Source: Bacillota bacterium
GTDB taxonomy: Bacteria; Bacillota; Limnochordia; Darwinibacteriales; Darwinibacteriaceae
NCBI GenBank assembly: GCA_012521295.1
Contig: JAAYMS010000107.1
Location: 35,641 to 99,640 of the forward strand
Direction of reading: 5' to 3'
Length of the DNA stretch: 64,000 nt
Both the position numbers and the translations under genes were made by a program. The number at the start of each line of letters is the position of its first letter. The first letter of the stretch is position 1. This document shows, piece by piece, positions 58,468 to 64,000 of the stretch. Below the pieces are notes generated by a model. That model made no database searches and was not told the origin of the DNA. It saw only the letters and a program-made list of their open reading frames with translations.

Positions 58468-59489
58468 TAGTTGCCCTCCCTTTCTTGGAGATCTTGGAGA
58501 TATACACTAGTCAACCGGAATGCGGCTTCGTAGTCCTTCTTACTCATTACAGAAGCGGCAGAATGGATGTAGCGGCAGGGAACGGCAATGACAGCAGCCT
58601 TGGTTCCGCCCGCTGTTAGCTGAATCTGGCCCGCGTCTGTTCCACCAGTGTTAGTGCGGCGGATCTGATAAGGGATGTTGTGTTCTTCTGCTAGTTCAAT
58701 CAGCCTCCGCACAAGAGGTGGGTGGGTGATGACTGTTCGATCCATGATGGTGATCGCAGGCCCTTTGCCCACTGATGTGGCGTGCTTGTGTGGATCAGAA
58801 CCAGGGACGTCCGAAGCGGTAGTCCCTTCAAGGACAATGGCTACATCCGGCTGGATTTGATAGGCCGCCACACCGGCACCTCTTAAGCCAACCTCTTCCT
58901 GAACTGTAAATACGCCGTAAACAGGAATGTCATAATTCTGCTTTAAGAGCTCGATGAGTAGAGCGCATCCGACCCTATCGTCCAGCGCCTTTGCTTTGAT
59001 CTTATCTTGACCGAACTCTTCGAACTTAGTGGCGAAATAAGCGCAATCCCCTAGATTGACGACTTTTTCCGCTTCTTCTTGGCTCTTGGCACCGATATCA
59101 ATTGCGAGTTCGTCGATGCTTAGAGGGCGCTGCCTTTCTTCTGGCCTCTGCAGGTGAATGGGCTTGCTGCCGATGACGCCAGGAACCTTCTTTTCTCCCA
59201 CCAAGACGGTCTTGGCCACCAACACTCTCGGATCGATGCCGCCAATTGGCCTGAACCGGAGTAGACCGTTCTTCTCAATTCCAAGAATCATTAAAGCAAC
59301 TTCATCCATGTGAGCTGCCAACATCACCTTCGGCCCCGGGGCGGAAGGGTTCTTAACCGCAATTAAGTTGCCTAAAGCGTCTGTACGGATTTCATCTACG
59401 TAGCCTTCGATTTCAGAGCGGATCAGAGCACGAACTTCTCCCTCTTGACCTGGAGCACCGCAAGCTTCAGTCAGTTTTCTTAAAAGCAC
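58467..59489 (-). CDS. M42 family aminopeptidase paralog 2
   Basis: M42 motifs (HMDEV, DDRVG, EEVGLRGA). Directly abuts paralog 1. Confidence 0.8.
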   Translation of the reverse strand: MLLRKLTEACGAPGQEGEVRALIRSEIEGYVDEIRTDALGNLIAVKNPSAPGPKVMLAAHMDEVALMILGIEKNGLLRFRPIGGIDPRVLVAKTVLVGEKKVPGVIGSKPIHLQRPEERQRPLSIDELAIDIGAKSQEEAEKVVNLGDCAYFATKFEEFGQDKIKAKALDDRVGCALLIELLKQNYDIPVYGVFTVQEEVGLRGAGVAAYQIQPDVAIVLEGTTASDVPGSDPHKHATSVGKGPAITIMDRTVITHPPLVRRLIELAEEHNIPYQIRRTNTGGTDAGQIQLTAGGTKAAVIAVPCRYIHSAASVMSKKDYEAAFRLTSVYLQDLQEREGN

Positions 59490-60541
59490 TTCAATCCCTC
59501 CACAAATTCGTTGTCCAATCCGGCAATGAAGAAGGCCATCAGACGCCCAGTGAGCTTGACGTCGTTGTAATCAAGTGTTTCGATGGGCGTGTGCATGTAC
59601 CGTAGTGGGATAGACAGGAGAATTGTTGGAATTCCTGCCTGAGTAACCTGAATCGCGTAAGCATCGGTCCCTCCTGGATAGGGAGATGGGTCAAGGGAAT
59701 ATGGGATTTTCCATTCCTTGGCCACTTCTACCATACGCTTATGTAGGGTAGGGTGCACATGGGGGCCGAGGCCGATTGCGGGCCCGCCTCCCAGCTTTAT
59801 GGTTTGGAATTCCTGCAGGCCGGGCTGGTCTCCGAAGCCCACGTCAATTGCAATCCCCACATCAGGCACGATTCCGTAGGTGCTTGTAATCGCCCCGCGC
59901 AGGCCAACTTCCTCTTGAACCGTGGCGACGGCATATACTTCAGCAGAGAAATTGAGGTCATCGAGTGCCTTGAGGCATTCAAGCATGGCTGCCACACCGG
60001 CTCGGTCGTCAAATGCCTTACCGGCCATGAATGAGCCTTGGAGATTCCAGCTGGTTTGGTTGATCGTCGCTAGATCACCAACTGCCACTTTGCCTTCCAC
60101 TTCTTCGGCACTGTCAAATCCGATATCAATAAATAGGTCCTCCAGTTTCACTGCCTGCCGCTGCTCATCAGGACTCTGCACATGCGGCGGTTTAGCCCCG
60201 ATCACTCCACGGTAAGTCTCTTTGCCATGGACTGTCACTTCCTGGCCCAATAGGACTCGTTGATCGAAGCCTCCAATTGTGCTGAAACGGAGGAATCCTT
60301 CCTTTTCAACCTTAGTAATAATTAAACCGATTTCGTCCATATGAGCTGCCAACATGACCCGGGGTACCTTTTGGTCAGATTGAGCCTTGCCTTTCTTAAG
60401 CATAATGAGATTCCCCAGCGTATCGCGGCGAAACTCATCAACCCAGGGGCATGCTTCCTGAATCTGGTCTGCAATCTGGTCTTCATACCCTGAAACTCCA
60501 GAATTGGATGCGATATCCTGGAACAACTGCTTGATGTCCAT
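59480..60541 (-). CDS. M42 family aminopeptidase paralog 3
   Basis: M42 motifs (HMDEIG, DDRAG, EEVGLRGA). ATG at 60541 follows GGAGGG. The longer ORF to 60589 is rejected. Confidence 0.75.
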   Translation of the reverse strand: MDIKQLFQDIASNSGVSGYEDQIADQIQEACPWVDEFRRDTLGNLIMLKKGKAQSDQKVPRVMLAAHMDEIGLIITKVEKEGFLRFSTIGGFDQRVLLGQEVTVHGKETYRGVIGAKPPHVQSPDEQRQAVKLEDLFIDIGFDSAEEVEGKVAVGDLATINQTSWNLQGSFMAGKAFDDRAGVAAMLECLKALDDLNFSAEVYAVATVQEEVGLRGAITSTYGIVPDVGIAIDVGFGDQPGLQEFQTIKLGGGPAIGLGPHVHPTLHKRMVEVAKEWKIPYSLDPSPYPGGTDAYAIQVTQAGIPTILLSIPLRYMHTPIETLDYNDVKLTGRLMAFFIAGLDNEFVEGLKCF

Positions 60542-60629
60542 CAGCGTCCCTCCTTGTGCGTAATTTGTACTATTATTTCTTTTGAACAAAGGAAAACCCT
60601 CCCACCAACACGAAATAGAGAGGATATTG

Positions 60630-60824
60630 TCAGTAGCGTTTCGCTGTGCGGTTCATGATATTCAGCATGGTGCGAGTGAGCTGTTCACACTCGTGAATGC
60701 TTGATATGAGGTCGGCATGTTTCTTAGGATGAAGATCCTGCACGCTTTCCTCGAGGATGTTCTGAAAGTCATCAAGATGCCTGAGAATGCGCCATATGAT
60801 ATCTTGAGGCTCCACAGCTTCCAC
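60630..60824 (-). CDS. small hypothetical protein (64 aa)
   Basis: The ORF lies between the M42 operon and tldD and has weak RBS support. Resemblance to Spo0E-like proteins is too weak to call. Confidence 0.3.
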   Translation of the reverse strand: MEAVEPQDIIWRILRHLDDFQNILEESVQDLHPKKHADLISSIHECEQLTRTMLNIMNRTAKRY

Positions 60825-60878
60825 ACCTTTCCACTATATGAGTTGGTCCGATTATACCATATTTAAGGGGGTATTTGC

Positions 60879-62270
60879 TTGCTGTCGGAAAAGTTAATCG
60901 CGGAGGTTCTGCATGCTGCTCTATCCACAGGCGGTGACTTCGCAGAGATCTTTGCAGAGGATACTTACAATACATCTATCAACATGATCAACGGCATAGT
61001 AGAAGACGGCATCCAAGGAAGAGATCACGGAGTCGGTATTCGGATCTTCCAAGGCGTCCGCAGTGTCTATGCCTATACAAATGATCTAACTCCTGCTAAC
61101 CTGATCCGGGTAGCCAAAGAAGCTGCGGCCGCACTGCCAGGGGCCAGCTCGGTTCAGACTCTGGTTCTTAACCGGTGTGCTGTTGATAACATGCATCTTA
61201 TCAAGATTCGGCCTAGTGATGTACCACAGGCTCGCAAAGTGGAAGTAATGCGGGAGGCTCATACTGGTGCGCAAGGATATGATCAGCAGATCAGCCAAGT
61301 AACTGTGCGCTATCTCGATACTGAGCAGAATATTTTGATTGCCAACTCAGAGGGCCTACTCACGGGAGATAGAAGAGTACGCACTCGCTTGGCAGTTCAG
61401 GCCATCGCCACAAAAGGGAATGAAAAGCAGTCTGGGTTCTATGGCCCAGGCCGTCACATGGGATTTGAGATGTTTGACCTGATAAATCCGCGTGAAGCAG
61501 GGGCGCGGGCAGCGAAGATCGCTGTTACTATGATCAATGCAGACTATGCTCCGAGCGGGCGTTACCCGGTTGTGATTCACAATGAGTTTGGTGGCGTTAT
61601 TTTCCACGAGGCCTGCGGCCACGGTCTCGAAGCGACCAGTGTGGCAAAGGGTACATCAGTTTTTGCCGGACGCATTGGAGAGAAGGTGGCCAGTGACGTC
61701 GTTACCGCTGTAGACGACGGCAGCATTCCCAATGCATGGGGTTCGCAAAACATTGACGATGAAGGAACACCTACAAGACGCAATGTCTTGATTGAAAACG
61801 GAATCCTTAAGGGCTATATGGTTGATAAACTCAATGGCCGCCGAATGGGAATGGAACCAACTGGCAATAGCAGGCGCCAGTCGTATAAATTCGCCCCGAC
61901 ATCGCGCATGACCAATACTTTCATTGAGGCAGGCGAGTCTACGGTAGAAGAGATCATCAAGAACACCGAGAAGGGCCTCTTTGCCAAGAGCATGGGCGGC
62001 GGTTCCGTCAATCCCGCCACCGGAGAGTTCAACTTTGCGGTCATGGAGGGCTATCTGATTGAGAATGGAGAGATTGTCAAACCTGTACGGGGAGCAACGT
62101 TGATCGGAAAAGGCCATGAAATCTTGATGAAGATCGATATGGTGGCCAATAACTTAGCTCGCGGTCAGGGGATGTGCGGTTCTATCAGCGGCTCAATTCC
62201 TGCTGACGTAGGTCAACCCACCATTCGCGTTTCTGAGATCACGGTTGGTGGCCGGGAGGGAGGCAACTAG
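60879..62270 (+). CDS. tldD: TldD family metalloprotease
   Basis: TldD/PmbA fold with an HExxxH-type motif (FHEACGHGLE). TTG start after AAGGGGG. Confidence 0.8.
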   Translation: MLSEKLIAEVLHAALSTGGDFAEIFAEDTYNTSINMINGIVEDGIQGRDHGVGIRIFQGVRSVYAYTNDLTPANLIRVAKEAAAALPGASSVQTLVLNRCAVDNMHLIKIRPSDVPQARKVEVMREAHTGAQGYDQQISQVTVRYLDTEQNILIANSEGLLTGDRRVRTRLAVQAIATKGNEKQSGFYGPGRHMGFEMFDLINPREAGARAAKIAVTMINADYAPSGRYPVVIHNEFGGVIFHEACGHGLEATSVAKGTSVFAGRIGEKVASDVVTAVDDGSIPNAWGSQNIDDEGTPTRRNVLIENGILKGYMVDKLNGRRMGMEPTGNSRRQSYKFAPTSRMTNTFIEAGESTVEEIIKNTEKGLFAKSMGGGSVNPATGEFNFAVMEGYLIENGEIVKPVRGATLIGKGHEILMKIDMVANNLARGQGMCGSISGSIPADVGQPTIRVSEITVGGREGGN

Positions 62271-63635
62271 ATGGATATCCGGAAGTTTAAGGAGCTTGTT
62301 TTTGCTGCAGGCAGATCCGCAGGTCTAGAAGAGATGGAGATCTATGCTGCACGCACTAAAGAGTTGGAAGTGCGTGTCTACAAATCAGAAGTTGATAACT
62401 ACAACTTAAGCGACGAAGGCGGTGTAGGGCTGCGTGCCCGTTACGCCGGGAAAATCGGATATGCATATACTGAGGCTCTTGATGATCAGTCAGTAGAGTA
62501 CTTGGTCAATGCTGTCAAAGCCAACGCACAGGTAATCGATAGTGAAGATGAAATTGAGTTCTTCGCTGGTTCACTGAGCTATCCCGAGGTGGAGACGTAC
62601 TATCCTGAACTTGATCAGGTTCCCGCTGAAGAGTACATTAATGCGGCCCTCGAGTTTGAGCGCACCGCTCAATCTGCGGACAGCAGAGTCGACTCGGTGA
62701 ACTGGGCACTGACTGGATACTTCAGTTCTGACGTGTTTATTGCGAACACAGAGGGTTTAGAGCAGAGCTTCAGGCAGAACCTTGCTTATGGGTTTGTGTC
62801 AGCTGTTATTAGGGAAAACGGTCAGGTCAAGACGGGCAGCAAGTCGAAGTCGATCTACGATTGGGCACAGTTCGACCCTGCGGCCATGGCTCGTGAGGCT
62901 GTTGAAGAGGGTCTTTCGCTGCTTAACGCTGAGACTGTTCCATCTGGCAATTACCGCATCATCCTGCGCCGGGATGCAGCTCGGTCAATTCTTGCGACTT
63001 TCTCAGGAGTGTTTTCAGCTGAAGCGGTCCAAAAAGGGCTTTCTCTCTTGGGTGACAAACTAGGTACTCAGATTGCAGCCGAGACAGTCTCTTTGGTCGA
63101 CAACCCCTTCGTGCCTCATGCAGGTGGTTCTCGTCCTTTTGATGGGGAAGGAGTGGCTGTTCAAAAGACCGATGTGATTGCCAAGGGGCAGCTGAACAGT
63201 TTCCTGCATAATTTGAAAACTGCCAAGAAACAAGGTGTCCAGTCAACTGGAAATGCCAGCCGGCCATCTTTCAAATCAACGGTCGGGATTGCACCGACTA
63301 ACTTCTATATAGAGCCGGGCGAAGATTCGTATAACGCACTCTTAACCCAACTAGGTGATGGGTTAGTGATTATCGATGTGCAGGGGCTGCATTCGGGGGC
63401 TAACCCTGTTTCTGGAGATTTTTCACTAGGCGCCTATGGATACAGGGTTGAGAATGGTAAGGTGGTTGGAGCAGTAGACCAGATCACGATTTCAGGCAAC
63501 TTTTTCACGCTTTTGAGGGACGTGGAGAAGGTCGGATCTGATCTTGAGTTCGGCCTTCCCGGCGGTGCTGGCAATGTAGGAAGCCCATCCCTTCTGATTC
63601 GTGGACTGTCGGTGGCTGGAAGGAGGGGGAAGTAA
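62271..63635 (+). CDS. pmbA: TldE/PmbA family protein (TldD partner)
   Basis: Paralogous TldD/PmbA fold lacking the HExxxH motif. Its start abuts the tldD stop. Confidence 0.8.
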   Translation: MDIRKFKELVFAAGRSAGLEEMEIYAARTKELEVRVYKSEVDNYNLSDEGGVGLRARYAGKIGYAYTEALDDQSVEYLVNAVKANAQVIDSEDEIEFFAGSLSYPEVETYYPELDQVPAEEYINAALEFERTAQSADSRVDSVNWALTGYFSSDVFIANTEGLEQSFRQNLAYGFVSAVIRENGQVKTGSKSKSIYDWAQFDPAAMAREAVEEGLSLLNAETVPSGNYRIILRRDAARSILATFSGVFSAEAVQKGLSLLGDKLGTQIAAETVSLVDNPFVPHAGGSRPFDGEGVAVQKTDVIAKGQLNSFLHNLKTAKKQGVQSTGNASRPSFKSTVGIAPTNFYIEPGEDSYNALLTQLGDGLVIIDVQGLHSGANPVSGDFSLGAYGYRVENGKVVGAVDQITISGNFFTLLRDVEKVGSDLEFGLPGGAGNVGSPSLLIRGLSVAGRRGK

Positions 63636-64000
63636 TGCGGTTTTCAACCCGAACGGTAACTAATCTCAGCCTATTGACAGCAGTATCAATAGTTCTGACA
63701 CGGGTTTTCAGTGTAGTGCTGCCCTTAGGAGGCGCCTTGGCTTTGAGGCTGGGTTTTGGGGAAATCCCCATAATGCTGGCTGGGGTACTGTTTGGCCCCA
63801 TTCCAGGCGCAGTCACTGGGGCAGCGGCCGACCTGGTCGGCTTCTTGATCAATCCTCACGGTGGGCCTTACTTCCCGGGATTTACCATCACCGCAGCGCT
63901 GACAGGGTTGATTGCTGGAGTGATGGCCAAGCGTATGCGCGGCTATGATTGGCTGCCGATGGGATTGATGGTTCTTGTCAATGACGTAGTTACCAATGTA
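63636..64000 (+). CDS. ECF transporter S component (folate/FolT-like), 3' partial
   Basis: ATG immediately after the pmbA stop. Hydrophobic S-component-like sequence (LSLLTAVSIVLTRVF...GEIPIMLAGVLFGP). It runs off the window end. Confidence 0.55.

Noticed and set aside
60630-60824. A Spo0E-like sporulation phosphatase call for the 64-aa ORF.
   Set aside because: It lacks the conserved SQELD-x-LI signature of Spo0E-family proteins. It is kept only as a low-confidence hypothetical ORF.

Overview
This is a gene-dense, mostly plus-strand bacterial chromosomal window of about 55% GC with roughly 70 genes. I found no rRNA or tRNA genes, no CRISPR arrays and no mobile elements. The gene content looks like a sporulating Firmicute (Bacillota). 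It has a CwlD-like germination amidase and Firmicute-type T-box and RBS signals. Envelope features fit better with a diderm lineage such as Negativicutes, Limnochordia or Halanaerobiales: the solute-binding proteins have Sec signal peptides but no lipobox Cys, and there is a small beta-barrel-like secreted protein ending in C-terminal Phe. This lineage call is inference only.

Core content in order:
- A histidine-utilisation operon on the glutamate formiminotransferase route: hutU (5' partial), FtcD-N, hutI, FtcD-C.
- A T-box leader followed by tyrS.
- MarR plus a heterodimeric ABC exporter pair.
- mnmA, pckA, zwf, signal peptidase I, a PfkB sugar kinase and a ZIP zinc transporter.
- cca, thrS, sfsA, an HAD hydrolase, an APH-like kinase, gnd and glnS.
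- CwlD, mtnN, pgi and manA.
- A maltodextrin-type ABC importer (MalEFG-like, with no ATPase gene in the operon) and a Znu/Mnt-type metal ABC importer.
- An RluA-family pseudouridine synthase, glutamate dehydrogenase, three tandem M42 aminopeptidases, TldD and TldE, and an ECF S-component (3' partial).

The most unusual locus is at about 48.7-57.4 kb. A strong sigma-A promoter with tandem TGTG-N-ACA palindromes drives a single 881-aa fusion protein. Its N-terminal half is a class-III PLP aminotransferase. Its C-terminal half is an acyl-ACP-reductase (AAR)-like Rossmann reductase domain that apparently lacks the AAR catalytic Cys. The fusion is followed by a DapB-like reductase with a degenerate His/Lys catalytic motif, a DegT/DnrJ-family aminotransferase, a gamma-glutamyltranspeptidase and DapF. 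A divergent GNAT gene lies upstream. This looks like a candidate, apparently undescribed amine-forming pathway (thioester or acid to aldehyde to amine, then imine reduction). Other curiosities are listed under findings: an NYN-LOTUS-cold-shock-domain protein, a perfect 9+1+9 palindrome in the divergent zupT promoter region, tandem paralogous small membrane proteins with a shared GVGGRLGxMAA motif, and a secreted Pro/Glu/Ala-repeat protein.
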